From an uncultured Acidobacteriota bacterium (GTDB lineage: Bacteria > Acidobacteriota > Vicinamibacteria > Vicinamibacterales > 2-12-FULL-66-21), in contig CAWGBU010000008.1 of assembly GCA_963820905.1 (NCBI GenBank), forward strand, positions 361,729 through 425,728: a stretch of DNA of 64,000 nt, given 5' to 3'. Under the pieces are notes generated by a model that did no database searches, was not told the origin of the DNA, and was given only the letters and a program-made list of their open reading frames with translations. A program made the translations under genes and the position numbers. Positions 12,489-25,161 of this stretch are shown piece after piece (the first letter of the stretch is position 1; every line of letters starts with the position of its first letter).

Positions 12489-14201
<1,713 letters not shown>

Positions 14202-14205
<4 letters not shown>

Positions 14206-14510
14206 TGAATCACGCCGAGAATCTCTTCCTCGCGCATGATGAGGTACTCCTCGCCATCGAGCTTGATCTCCTGGCCGGAGTACTTGCCGAAGAGGATGGT
14301 GTCGCCGTCCTTGACGTCGAGCGGCGTGATCTTGCCGTCCTTCTCGACCTTGCCCTTGCCCACCGCGATGACCTTGCCCTGCTGCGGCTTCTCCTTGGCG
14401 GTGTCGGGAATGATGATCCCGCCGACTTTCTGCTCGCCCTCCTCGAGGCGCTGCACAATCACGCGGTCGTGCAAGGGGCGAATCCGAACTTTCGTCTGTG
14501 TCGCTGGCAT
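14202..14510 (-). CDS. groS: Co-chaperonin GroES
   Basis: [26 protein letters not shown]; ATG 14510 with GGAG SD. Confidence 0.98.
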
Positions 14511-14593
14511 ACGGTCTAACTCCGTTAGATTGAGGGTTGAACGGTTGAGTTGGTCGTAAAAGCCGTGTAAATGAAGCCCTGCCACCCTGTCGC

Positions 14594-14620
14594 TTAGCAC
14601 TCAACGGTGGCGACTGCCAA
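14594..14620. promoter_or_regulatory. CIRCE element 1 (HrcA operator)
   Basis: TTAGCACTC-N9-GACTGCCAA vs consensus TTAGCACTC-N9-GAGTGCTAA. Confidence 0.9.
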
Positions 14621-14650
14621 TTCTACAGGAACCCGTCGGGGGGTTGTCAA
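14620..14650 (-). promoter_or_regulatory. sigma70 promoter of groESL
   Basis: TTGACA-N19-TAGAAT; spacer is long and contains a homopolymer run that may be miscalled. Confidence 0.65.
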
Positions 14651-14674
14651 GCAGTCAAGGCGGGGGAGTGCTAA
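14648..14674. promoter_or_regulatory. CIRCE element 2
   Basis: CAAGCAGTC-N9-GAGTGCTAA, one perfect half-site, overlaps the -35 box. Confidence 0.75.
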
Positions 14675-14679
14675 GTGGG

Positions 14680-14796
14680 GATCGGCCGGTCGTCCGGTCG
14701 CTCGGTCGGCCGGTCGTCCGGAAAGGCCCGTCAGATCACGGTCACGACTTGAAGATCGGTAGGTTTTCCGAGCGACCGAACGACCGAGCGACCGAG
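14680..14796. repeat. Inverted octamer-repeat cassette (GGTCGNYC x4-5 ... GARCGACC x3)
   Basis: GATCGGCC GGTCGTCC GGTCGCTC GGTCGGCC GGTCGTCC GGAAA...TTTCC GAGCGACC GAACGACC GAGCGACC. Confidence 0.88.
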
Positions 14797-15006
14797 TTAG
14801 ACCACCCTTCGGATTCGGTACTCGGTCATTTTCCTCGCGACGGTATTGCGATGGAGGCCGAGGAGCCCGGCGGCGTCGCCGACGCTGCCCTTGGATCGCT
14901 GCAGCGCGCGCGTGATGAAGACCTTCTCGAATTCGCGCCGGGCGTCGTCGTAGATCACGCCACGGTCGAGCATTTCCTGGACGAGGCGTTCGAGCTGGTC
15001 GCGCAC
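14797..15006 (-). CDS. Stand-alone Fis-type HTH protein (69 aa)
   Basis: GTG start; EFEKVFITRALQRSKGSVGDAAGLLGLHRNTVARKM. Confidence 0.85.
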   Translation of the reverse strand: MRDQLERLVQEMLDRGVIYDDARREFEKVFITRALQRSKGSVGDAAGLLGLHRNTVARKMTEYRIRRVV

Positions 15007-15010
15007 GGCG

Positions 15011-15922
15011 TTACTGCAGCTCGAGGCCGGAGAGCAGTCGATAGGCGTCGACGTATTTTTCGCGCGTCCGGCGCACGACATCGTCGGGCAGCGACGGCAC
15101 GGGCGGCTGCTTGTTCCAGCGGATCTCTTCGAGGTAGTCGCGGACGAACTGCTTGTCGAAGCTGGGTTGCGCGTGGCCCGGGTCGTACTGCGCGCGGGGC
15201 CAGAAGCGTGACGAGTCCGGCGTGAGCACCTCGTCGATGAGGACGACATCGTCGGCCGGCGAGCCCGCACCGACCAGGCCGAACTCGAACTTCGTGTCGG
15301 CGACGATGATGCCCTTCGACTCCGCGTGAGCGGCGCCGCGCGCGTAAATCTCGAGCGTCAGCCGCTTCAAGCGCGCGACGAGATCGGCGCCGACGATCCG
15401 CGCGGCCTCCTCCTCGCTGATGTTGACGTCGTGGCCGCTCTCCGCTTTCGTGGCGGGTGTGAAGATCGGCCCAGGGAGCCGATCGGACTCGCGCAGTCCG
15501 CCCGGAAGCGTGACGCCGCAGACCGACCCGGTCTGCTGGTATTCCTTCCAGCCCGACCCGGAGAGGTACCCGCGCGCGACGCATTCGATCGGCACGGGAC
15601 GGGTCCGGCGGACGAGCATCGATCGGCCGCTGAGCGTCGAGCGGTGCCGGCGCAGTTCGTCGGGGAACGCGTCCACGTCCATCGAGATCAGATGGTGCGG
15701 CACGAGATCGCCCATGCGCTCGAACCAGAAGCCCGACAACTGCGTGAGCACCTTGCCCTTGTCCGGAATGCCCGAGCCGAGCACGTAGTCGAACGCGGAG
15801 ATGCGATCGGTGGCGACGATGAGGAGGTCGTCTCCAACGTCGTAGACATCGCGGACCTTGCCGCGTCGGTGAAGCGTCAGACCATCGAGCGAGGTTTCGA
15901 GCAGGGGAGCGGTGGACAGCAC
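15011..15922 (-). CDS. purC: SAICAR synthetase
   Basis: RGKVRDVY, TDRISAFD, ADTKFEFG, DEVLTPDSSRFW, SFDKQFVRD. Confidence 0.97.
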   Translation of the reverse strand: MLSTAPLLETSLDGLTLHRRGKVRDVYDVGDDLLIVATDRISAFDYVLGSGIPDKGKVLTQLSGFWFERMGDLVPHHLISMDVDAFPDELRRHRSTLSGRSMLVRRTRPVPIECVARGYLSGSGWKEYQQTGSVCGVTLPGGLRESDRLPGPIFTPATKAESGHDVNISEEEAARIVGADLVARLKRLTLEIYARGAAHAESKGIIVADTKFEFGLVGAGSPADDVVLIDEVLTPDSSRFWPRAQYDPGHAQPSFDKQFVRDYLEEIRWNKQPPVPSLPDDVVRRTREKYVDAYRLLSGLELQ

Positions 15923-16010
15923 TCTAGGGACCTTTCGGCGAGAACGCGACAGCTTATCGGCAGGTCCAATTGCGAGTCAATTGGAAAGTAGCGCGACGGC
16001 GACCGGCGCG

Positions 16011-17150
16011 CTACGCGTCGGGTTTCTTCGCCTTGACGGTGATCTCGCCTCGCACCGCGCGCAGCGTGATCGTCGGTCCGCCGCCGCCGATCGTGGCCGT
16101 GGCGCGCTGCTCGTCGCCGGTGACCTGAACAACGGCAAGTCCCTCCGGCACGATCAACTTGCTGTCGGTCGCGAGCGCGTCGAGCTTGATGCCGCCCGCG
16201 GGCAGCGTGACGACGATCGGCTCTTCGCCTTCGGTGTAGATGGACAGCGGCGCGGGCTTGTCGAGCGAGACGTCGACCTTCGTGTCGCGTCCATCGATGC
16301 GCACGTCGCTCGAGACTCCGCTGAGGGTGACGGACCCGCCGACCGTGTTCATGCGCACCGACTTGCGCCCGACGGGTTTGTCGCCTGTCGCTGCGATCTC
16401 CTCGAGCGCAACCTTCGAGCCGTTCGAGTCGATCTCGACGGGTCCGGCAAGTGACGACGCGCGAAGCTCGCCCGCCTGGATCTGGAGGATCGCGTCTCCC
16501 TGGATGCGGTTCAGCGTGATCGCGCTGCCGCGAGTGTTCAACTTCACGCTCGCGACGTCCACGATCTCGAGCTTGCCGCCTCGATGGGTTGCGACGAGCC
16601 GGCCCGATAGGTTGCGGACACTCACCTGACCTCTGGCCTCGACGAGCTCCACGGAGGTCAGGCCGGAGATCTCGAGCCTGCCCCGGCTCGGCTGGATGCG
16701 AACCGCAAGATTCCTGGGTACTTTGAGCGAGAGCGTAGCCCGCTGGACGCCGGGATCCGGATAATCGATGCCGAGCAGCATCGCGGCGCCGGCGTCGGTG
16801 ACCTTGAGGCGCGTTTCGTTGGCCAGGCGCGTGGCTTCGGCGTCGTCGTACCCGGTCGAGCGGACGGACAATTCGCAGGAGACGTCCGGACGGTCCTCGC
16901 CCACGATCGTCAAGGGTGCGGAGCCAACCTCGATCCGGAGCTCGGTGATGCCCGGCTTGACCGGCGCAAGGGTTGAGGTTTTTGCTTCGGCCGACCCCGG
17001 ATTCCCGTGGATCTCCCGGCGGACCTCTTCGAGCAGCTTGCTGAACGAGAAGCGCTGCTGTTCGGGGGCTGCCGCCGGGGCCGTGGCGTAGTAGAGGATC
17101 AGCCCGACGAGCGCGAACCCGCCGATCAGCATTAACTCACGTTTTCCCAT
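16011..17150 (-). CDS. Membrane-anchored beta-repeat protein (DUF4097-like)
   Basis: N-terminal TM; repeated short beta units; C-terminal IGGGGPTITLRAVRGEITV. Confidence 0.7.
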   Translation of the reverse strand: MGKRELMLIGGFALVGLILYYATAPAAAPEQQRFSFSKLLEEVRREIHGNPGSAEAKTSTLAPVKPGITELRIEVGSAPLTIVGEDRPDVSCELSVRSTGYDDAEATRLANETRLKVTDAGAAMLLGIDYPDPGVQRATLSLKVPRNLAVRIQPSRGRLEISGLTSVELVEARGQVSVRNLSGRLVATHRGGKLEIVDVASVKLNTRGSAITLNRIQGDAILQIQAGELRASSLAGPVEIDSNGSKVALEEIAATGDKPVGRKSVRMNTVGGSVTLSGVSSDVRIDGRDTKVDVSLDKPAPLSIYTEGEEPIVVTLPAGGIKLDALATDSKLIVPEGLAVVQVTGDEQRATATIGGGGPTITLRAVRGEITVKAKKPDA

Positions 17151-17277
17151 AGACTTGGAGCGGTCCCTGTGATAGTGTTCCAAGGGCTGGCGGCAAGCGG
17201 ACGCGAGCACCGGCCACTATCGCGACTCACAAAAACGTTAGACTTTCCCGAATTCTAATCCTGACCAAGCCCGGCGC

Positions 17278-18399
17278 ATGCAGCCTCGAGTCCGGAACGC
17301 GCTGATCTTCCTGCTCACGCTTGGGCTGCTGGCCGTCTTCCTCCGCAGCGTCAACGTAGCCGACGTCTGGGCCGAAGCGCGCCAGGCGAATCCGCTGTTT
17401 CTTCTCTTCGCCGTCTTGCTGACGGGCGCGACGTACATCATCCGCGCGTTCCGGTGGCAGTACCTGCTCGCCCCGATAGGGAAGACCCGATTCGCCGTTG
17501 CGTTTCGGACTACCGTTATCGGTTTTGCAGCGACGTTTCTGTTACCGGCGCGTGCCGGCGAGGTGCTGCGGCCCTATCTGCTGGCGCGTCGCGAAGGTTT
17601 GAACGCGACGGCCGCGTTCGCCACCATCATCCTCGAGCGCCTGCTGGATCTCATCACCGTCCTGATGCTGTTCGCGTGGTTCGTGCTGACGGCCGAACCC
17701 GGCGCCGTCACGGGCGAGCCGTCCGAATTCGCGCGGGTGAAGTTCGGCGGCCTGCTGGCAGCTGGAGTGGCTATGGCGGGCGCCGCTCTGCTGTTCGTGC
17801 TGGCAGGCCATCCTGAAACCCTGGGACGTGTCGCGCTCCGCATTGAACGGGTCCTGCCCGAACGGCTGGCACGGCTCGTCGCAACCTTCGTGGAGACCTT
17901 CGCGCAGGGACTGGCGGTGATGCGGCAGCCACGCCGGATGCTGATCGCGCTCGCGCTGTCCCTACCGTTGTGGCTCGCGATTGCGTCCGGTATCTGGCTG
18001 ACGTCGCAGGCATTTCATATTACGTTCCCGTTTCAGGCTTCGTTCCTGGTGATGACGATCCTCGTGGTCGGGGTGGCCGTGCCGACGCCCGGGGCGGTCG
18101 GGGGCTTCCATCTCGCGTATCAGATCGCCGTGGAAGTGTTTTTCGCGGCGCCTTCCGAGCGCGCGGTCGGGGCGGCGATCGTTTTGCACGCGATCTCCTT
18201 CATCCCGGTCACCCTGCTCGGCATCTACTTCATGGCACGGGAGGGCCTGACGCTCGGCGGCGCCCGTCGGCTCGCGGAAGAGAAAGCTCACGACGCGCGC
18301 GAACCGGCACCCGGGCCGGGTGCCGGCGATGATCGCGCCTCTCGAGAGAGCGCCGGGGTCGACCGCATCGGGCGCGAAGCGGAAGGCCGCGCTCGATGA
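17278..18399 (+). CDS. Lysylphosphatidylglycerol synthase TM / flippase-like protein
   Basis: IRAFRWQYLL, LLPARAGEVLR, LERLLD, VPTPGAVGGF. Confidence 0.88.
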   Translation: MQPRVRNALIFLLTLGLLAVFLRSVNVADVWAEARQANPLFLLFAVLLTGATYIIRAFRWQYLLAPIGKTRFAVAFRTTVIGFAATFLLPARAGEVLRPYLLARREGLNATAAFATIILERLLDLITVLMLFAWFVLTAEPGAVTGEPSEFARVKFGGLLAAGVAMAGAALLFVLAGHPETLGRVALRIERVLPERLARLVATFVETFAQGLAVMRQPRRMLIALALSLPLWLAIASGIWLTSQAFHITFPFQASFLVMTILVVGVAVPTPGAVGGFHLAYQIAVEVFFAAPSERAVGAAIVLHAISFIPVTLLGIYFMAREGLTLGGARRLAEEKAHDAREPAPGPGAGDDRASRESAGVDRIGREAEGRAR

Positions 18400-18851
18400 A
18401 GTGCCCGTTCTGCGGGCATCTGAAGGACAAGGTCGTCGACTCGCGGGAGAGTCGCGAAGGGGATGTCATCCGGCGCCGGCGGCAATGTCTGGAATGCGGG
18501 AAGCGGTACACGAGCCGCGAGCGGATCGAGGAAATCGAGTATCGTGTCGTCAAGAAGGATGGCAACCGCGAACCGTTCCAGCGCCAGAAGCTCATCGCGG
18601 GCCTCTTGCGGGCGTGCGAGAAACGGCCGATAAGCGTACAGCAGCTCGAGGCGATTGCGGATCGCATCGTGGCGGACCTCGAGGACCGGCCGGATCGTGA
18701 GATGACGACGGAGGACATCGGGGCACGGCTCATGCAAGAGCTGAAGCAGCTCGACCATGTCGCCTACGTGAGGTTCGCGTCGGTGTATCGTCAGTTCCGG
18801 GACGTGGGGCAGTTCAAGCGGGAAGTCGACGAATTGCAGAAATCGAAATGA
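18396..18851 (+). CDS. nrdR: Transcriptional repressor NrdR
   Basis: MKCPFC, IRRRRQCLEC, ATP cone, VAYVRFASVY. Confidence 0.97.
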   Translation: MKCPFCGHLKDKVVDSRESREGDVIRRRRQCLECGKRYTSRERIEEIEYRVVKKDGNREPFQRQKLIAGLLRACEKRPISVQQLEAIADRIVADLEDRPDREMTTEDIGARLMQELKQLDHVAYVRFASVYRQFRDVGQFKREVDELQKSK

Positions 18852-19381
18852 ATGGGCCCGCAAGAATCCTGACGGCGCTGCTGGTGGTGGCTGCGGTCGC
18901 CGTGTGCCAGGCGCAGACCGTCCAGGTGACCCCGCTCGCCAAGGACGGCCGGCTGCTCGTCACGCTGCGGATGAACGACGTGTTCACCGAGGAAGTGCGC
19001 GTGGCGATGCACAGCGGGCTGCGCATCACGTTCGTCTACGACATCGAGTTGAAGCGCAGCACGGCGCTCTGGGTCGATCGCACGCTTGCGACCGCGACCG
19101 TGACGGCGTCGGTCGAGTACGACATTCTCAAGCGGCGGTATCTCGCGACGCGCCGCGAGGACGGCCGCATGGAGAACGCGGAAACGCTCGAACGCGAGGA
19201 AGCTGCGCGCGTCTGGCTGACGGAGTTCGACAAGCTGCCGCTGTTCAGCACCTCGACGCTCGAAGGCAATTCGGAATACTACCTGCGCGTCCGCGCCCAT
19301 ACGACCCCGAGGAACGCGTCCTTTGTCTGGCCCTGGGAGGGCGGCGTCGCCGGCTTCTCAAAGTTCACGTTTCTGCGATAA
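18848..19381 (+). CDS. DUF4390-like exported protein
   Basis: Signal peptide, SGLRITFVYDIEL, located before ntrY/ntrX. Confidence 0.75.
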   Translation: MNGPARILTALLVVAAVAVCQAQTVQVTPLAKDGRLLVTLRMNDVFTEEVRVAMHSGLRITFVYDIELKRSTALWVDRTLATATVTASVEYDILKRRYLATRREDGRMENAETLEREEAARVWLTEFDKLPLFSTSTLEGNSEYYLRVRAHTTPRNASFVWPWEGGVAGFSKFTFLR

Positions 19382-19411
19382 CCCGACGTCGCTCTTTTCG
19401 CGAGCTTCGTC

Positions 19412-21775
19412 GTGGCCTGGACGGCGATGCGCACCGACGGACATCGTCCCGCGCCACGACCCCACACCATGAGCGGCATGAGCACGACCCGCGAGGCGGC
19501 CCGCCCGACGTTGCCCGCACGGCACGCGTCAGCGCCTCCGCCGTCAGAGCGCCGCCCGTTCCGCGATAACCCGCGGCTCATCCTCCTGGGCATCTTCGTG
19601 CTCATCGCGGGTCTCGTGGCGATGGTCCGCCTCGCGGATTGGTCGACGGAGCTCAACCCCGACTTCCTCATCTACGCGCTCTCGGCCGCCGATCTGACGA
19701 TGCTCGTCGCGCTCGTCTTCGTGCTCGCGCGCAACGTCGTGAAGCTCGTGGTCGAGCGGCGACGTGGTCTGCCGTTCGCGCGGTTTCGCGCGAAGCTGGT
19801 GCTGGCCCTGCTCGGCCTGACCGTGGTGCCGAGCGTGCTCGTCCTGATCGTCGGGAGCGGGCTGATCCGCAGCAGCACCGAGAAGTGGTTCAGCCAGCCG
19901 ATCGACGACGTTCTCAACGCGGCGACGCGCATCGCGCAGGACTACTACCGCGATCGCGAGGCCAGCGTGGCGAACCACGCTGCGCGCATCGCGCGCGACA
20001 TTCCCGTAGGCGCGCTGGAGACGGGAGATCTGGTGGCGCTGCGGCGCGCGATCGAGCCCGAGGTGGCACAGGGACGCGTGGGGCTCGTCGAAGTTTATCG
20101 GGCGCGAAGGGCGGGCCAGGCGCCAGAGGTCGTCCCGGTGTTCGCCGTCGAAGTGCCGGGAGCGCCGCGAGGCCGCGTGCAGGCGTCCGCGGATCGCCAG
20201 GCCACGCTCGTGGCGATGGGGGCGCCCGAGCGGCACTCGCCGGAACCGCTGGACGGCGGCGGTGAGCTCGTTCGCGCGGGCTCGCCGGTGCGCGACGCGA
20301 GCGGCCGGGTCGTCGGCGTCGTGCTGGCCAGCGATCATCTGTCGGGAGAGTCCGCGCGGAATGCGCGACGGGTCGTCGAGGCCTACCAGAATCGCAGCCA
20401 GCTCAACGCGCTGCGGGGGCCGATTCGCGGTATCTACCTGAACCTGTTCGTCATCATGACGCTGATGATTCTGGTCAGCGCGATCTGGACGGGCCTCTAT
20501 CTCGCGAAGCGGATTACGCGGCCCGTGCAGCTGCTGGCTGCCGGCGCGCGGGAGATTGGCGCCGGGCATCTCGATCACCGCATCGAGCCCGAGACGCGCG
20601 ACGAGTTCGGGCAGCTCGTCGAGGCGTTCAACACGATGGCCGGCGAGCTGGCGACGAGCCAGCGGAAGCTCGAACACTCGCGCCTGGATCTCGAGCGGAA
20701 GAACCTGCAGCTCGACGAGCGCCGCCAGTACATCGAGACGGTCCTCGAGCGCATCGCCACGGGGGTTGTCTCGCTCAGTGCGGAAGGGCAGATCGAGACG
20801 ATCAACAGCGCGGCGCTGCGGCTGCTCGACGTCGATCGGACGGTCATCGGCGCGGGCGTGGAGGCCGTCTTCGCGCGCGAAGACCTCAAGCCGCTGCAGG
20901 CGCTCCTCACGCAGACTCGCGCAGGCGCGTCAACGCCGGCGGCGCAGGAGATCGCGCTCCTGCGGGAAGGGCGGGAGCTGCACCTGGCCGCCGCCGGTAC
21001 GCCGCTGGTCCGCGACGACGGCAGCGTCGGAGGCGCGGTGCTCGTGTTCGACGACGTGACGCCGTTGATCCGGACGCAGCGCGTGGCGGCCTGGCGCGAC
21101 GTCGCCCGGCGGCTCGCGCACGAAATCAAGAACCCGCTCACGCCGATTCAGCTTTGCGCGGAACGCATGCGCCGGCACTTCAGCTCGGCGCCAGACCCCG
21201 CCCGCGTGCTCGTCGACGAGTGCACGACGACGATCGTGGGAGAGGTCGAGTCGCTCAAGGGGCTCGTCGACGAGTTCGCGCAGTTCGCGCGCATGCCCGC
21301 CCCGAAGGCCGTTCCGTCGGACGTCAATGCGTTTCTCGGCGAGACGCTCGCGCTCTACAACGGCCTCTTCAAGGAGATCCGGATCGAGCGTTTCTTCACG
21401 CCCGATCTGCCTCCCGTCCGCGTCGACCTCGAGCAGATCCGGCGCGTCGTCATCAATCTCGTCGACAATGCCGTGGACGCGCTGGGCGGAAGCGCGGCGC
21501 AGGTGCGTCCCGACGGCCGGCCGCCGACGATCGTGGTCGAGACGCGGCACGATCAGGGAAACGGGGTCGCGCGGATTCTCGTCTCGGACAACGGTCCGGG
21601 AATCCCCGCCGCGGATCGCGACAAGCTCTTCATGCCGTACTACTCCACGAAGCGGAGGGGAAGCGGCCTCGGACTCGCGATCGTCCGCCGGATCATCGCC
21701 GAGCACGGCGGCAGCATCGAGGTCGCCGACAACGTGCCGACCGGAACGGTGTTCACGATTGATTTGCCGGTCTAG
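19412..21775 (+). CDS. NtrY-like sensor histidine kinase (HAMP-PAS-HisKA-HATPase); start uncertain
   Basis: AWRDVARRLAHEIKNPLTPIQL, DNGPG, GSGLGLAIV. Confidence 0.92.
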   Translation: MAWTAMRTDGHRPAPRPHTMSGMSTTREAARPTLPARHASAPPPSERRPFRDNPRLILLGIFVLIAGLVAMVRLADWSTELNPDFLIYALSAADLTMLVALVFVLARNVVKLVVERRRGLPFARFRAKLVLALLGLTVVPSVLVLIVGSGLIRSSTEKWFSQPIDDVLNAATRIAQDYYRDREASVANHAARIARDIPVGALETGDLVALRRAIEPEVAQGRVGLVEVYRARRAGQAPEVVPVFAVEVPGAPRGRVQASADRQATLVAMGAPERHSPEPLDGGGELVRAGSPVRDASGRVVGVVLASDHLSGESARNARRVVEAYQNRSQLNALRGPIRGIYLNLFVIMTLMILVSAIWTGLYLAKRITRPVQLLAAGAREIGAGHLDHRIEPETRDEFGQLVEAFNTMAGELATSQRKLEHSRLDLERKNLQLDERRQYIETVLERIATGVVSLSAEGQIETINSAALRLLDVDRTVIGAGVEAVFAREDLKPLQALLTQTRAGASTPAAQEIALLREGRELHLAAAGTPLVRDDGSVGGAVLVFDDVTPLIRTQRVAAWRDVARRLAHEIKNPLTPIQLCAERMRRHFSSAPDPARVLVDECTTTIVGEVESLKGLVDEFAQFARMPAPKAVPSDVNAFLGETLALYNGLFKEIRIERFFTPDLPPVRVDLEQIRRVVINLVDNAVDALGGSAAQVRPDGRPPTIVVETRHDQGNGVARILVSDNGPGIPAADRDKLFMPYYSTKRRGSGLGLAIVRRIIAEHGGSIEVADNVPTGTVFTIDLPV

Positions 21776-21907
21776 CTTTAAGCTTCCAGCTTCCGGCTCC
21801 CAGCTTCCAGCTATGAGCAGTCACCGTTGTGACTGACAATCGACAGCTGAGAGCTGATAGGGTAGCTGGCGAGCCGGCAAGCTGGAAGCTGGCAGCTGAT
21901 AGCTGAT
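21773..21907. repeat. Inverted heptamer-repeat cassette with internal hairpin
   Basis: CAGCTTC-type x6, core CAGTCAC-CGTT-GTGACTG, then NAGCTGR-type x8. Confidence 0.9.
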
Positions 21908-21911
21908 AACA

Positions 21912-23290
<1,379 letters not shown>

Positions 23291-23294
<4 letters not shown>

Positions 23295-24185
23295 CCCGAG
23301 AGCTTCTTCTCGAGGACCTGCTCGTCGCTGAAGCCTTCCAGCTGCAGGTAGAACTCCGCGGCGCGCGTGAGCGCGGCTGACGGCGTCAGCCCGACGATCT
23401 CGCTCTCCAGGATGGCCACGCCGTATCGCGCCGCCTCTCGCTTCACCATCTCGAACACGCGAAAGATCGGGGTCTTCTCGTAGTTCGTGAGGTTCATCGA
23501 CACCTGGGCGATCCGTCGATCCTCGAGCATCACGCCCATGGCCTTCACGTGCCTCAGGCCTCCGCTGCTGTGCCTGATGGCGGCCGCGATCTTCTTCGCG
23601 ACGTCGAGCCGATCGGTGTTCAGGTTGATGTTGTAGGCGATGAGGGGCATCCGCGCGCCCACGACCGACGCGCCGGCCGACGGATGCGGCGCCGCTGGAC
23701 CGAAGTCCGGCGCCCAGCCGGATGACGCCATCTTCGCGGCCAGTCCCTCGAACTCCCCGCGGCGAATGTCTTCGAGGTTCCTGCGAAGGGGATTCGCCGA
23801 GGCTTCCTCGTAGAGATACACGGGAATGCCAAACCGTTCGGCCACGAGCGGCGCCGACCTCCTTCGCCAGCGCCACGCAGTCCGCCATGGTCGCGCCTTC
23901 GATTGGGACGAACGGCACCACGTCTACGGCCCCGAGGCGCGGATGCTCGCCGCTGTGCTGCCGCAGATCGATCGTCCTCGCAGCGACCTCGAACAGCGCG
24001 AGCGTCGCAGCCTTCAATCCCGGGCCGTCGCCAGCGAGCGTGAAGACCGATCGGTTGTGCGACGCGTCCGACGAGTGGTCGAGGAGCCGGACGCCTGGCG
24101 TGGCCCGGATCGCCGCGGCCAGTTGCTCGACGATGTCGGCGCGGCGTCCTTCGCTGACGTTCGGAATCGACTCGATGATAGGCAT
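23291..24185 (-). CDS. ftcD: Glutamate formimidoyltransferase (+1 frameshift near 23846)
   Basis: [31 protein letters not shown], then [23 protein letters not shown]. Confidence 0.9.
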
Positions 24186-24344
24186 GACGGTAGTTTGTAG
24201 CACAGGCGTTCGCCGGGGCGGCGCGCGCGCCTTTTTGTTGACGGCGCCCTGCCGCCGGTTTCATAATCCTCCGAAGTTCTTCACCGACAGAAGTTTCCAG
24301 CGCCGCCCAGGCCGGCGCAGCATTCGGCAGCAACCGCGATCACG

Positions 24345-25161
24345 ATGACCGATCCGCTTCGAACCGATGCACGCTCGGAAGCGGGAGAACTGCCGGATCG
24401 TGACAAGGACGCCCGCGTCGAAAGTCTTCTCGTCTCCGGCCTGGATCACTATTTCGCGGGCCAGCATGAGCTCGCCATCAGCGTCTGGACGCGCGTCCTG
24501 TTCTTCGATCGCGGGCACGCGCGCGCGAAAGCCTATATCGATCGCGCGCGGAGTGCGATCGCGGAGCGCCAGCGCGAGGGCGACGAGCTGCTCCATACCG
24601 GTGCGGCGGCTTTCGATCGCGGCGATGCCGGCGCGCGCCAGGCGGCTGCTGAATTCCGCGCTCGAGCGCGGCGTGGGCACTGACGAAGCGCTCATGCTCC
24701 TCGAGCGGTTGAACAGGCTCGAGCAGGCGACCGTGCGCCCGGCGTTCGCCGTCCCGCCGCGATCGACGTCGGACGAAGACGCCGAGTCTCTGCTCGTTTC
24801 GCCCGAGAAGCCGGGCTCCTCACGCATCGTCTGGGTCGCGACCGGAGTGCTCGCCGGCCTCGCCGCCGCCAGCGTCGTCGGATGGATCGCGCTCACACGT
24901 CCGGAGTGGCTTCCCGTCACGACGCGCACGACGCTGCCGGGAGCGGTCCGCGCCGCGGACCCGCTGCCTGTGCCCGCTCCTTCGGAGATCTGGCTGTCGC
25001 GCGCGAGGAGACTCTACGAGGATGGCCGCGTCCGCGATGCGCTCCGGGCGCTCGACTCCATCGGCCAGTCGGATCCGAAGCGGGGAGAGGCCGACGAGCT
25101 GAGAGCCGCGATCCAGCGCAAGCTTCTCGACGCCGCGCGCGCACGCCCCGGGCGACAATGA
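24345..25161 (+). CDS. TPR-like membrane protein (+1 frameshift near 24636)
   Basis: GLDHYFAGQHELAISVWTRVLF...RAKAYIDRAR, TM, C-terminal helical repeat across two ORFs. Confidence 0.7.

Noticed and set aside
14511-14600. N-terminal extension of GroES in the ORF track
   Set aside because: Overlaps CIRCE and 5' UTR; the SD supports ATG 14510
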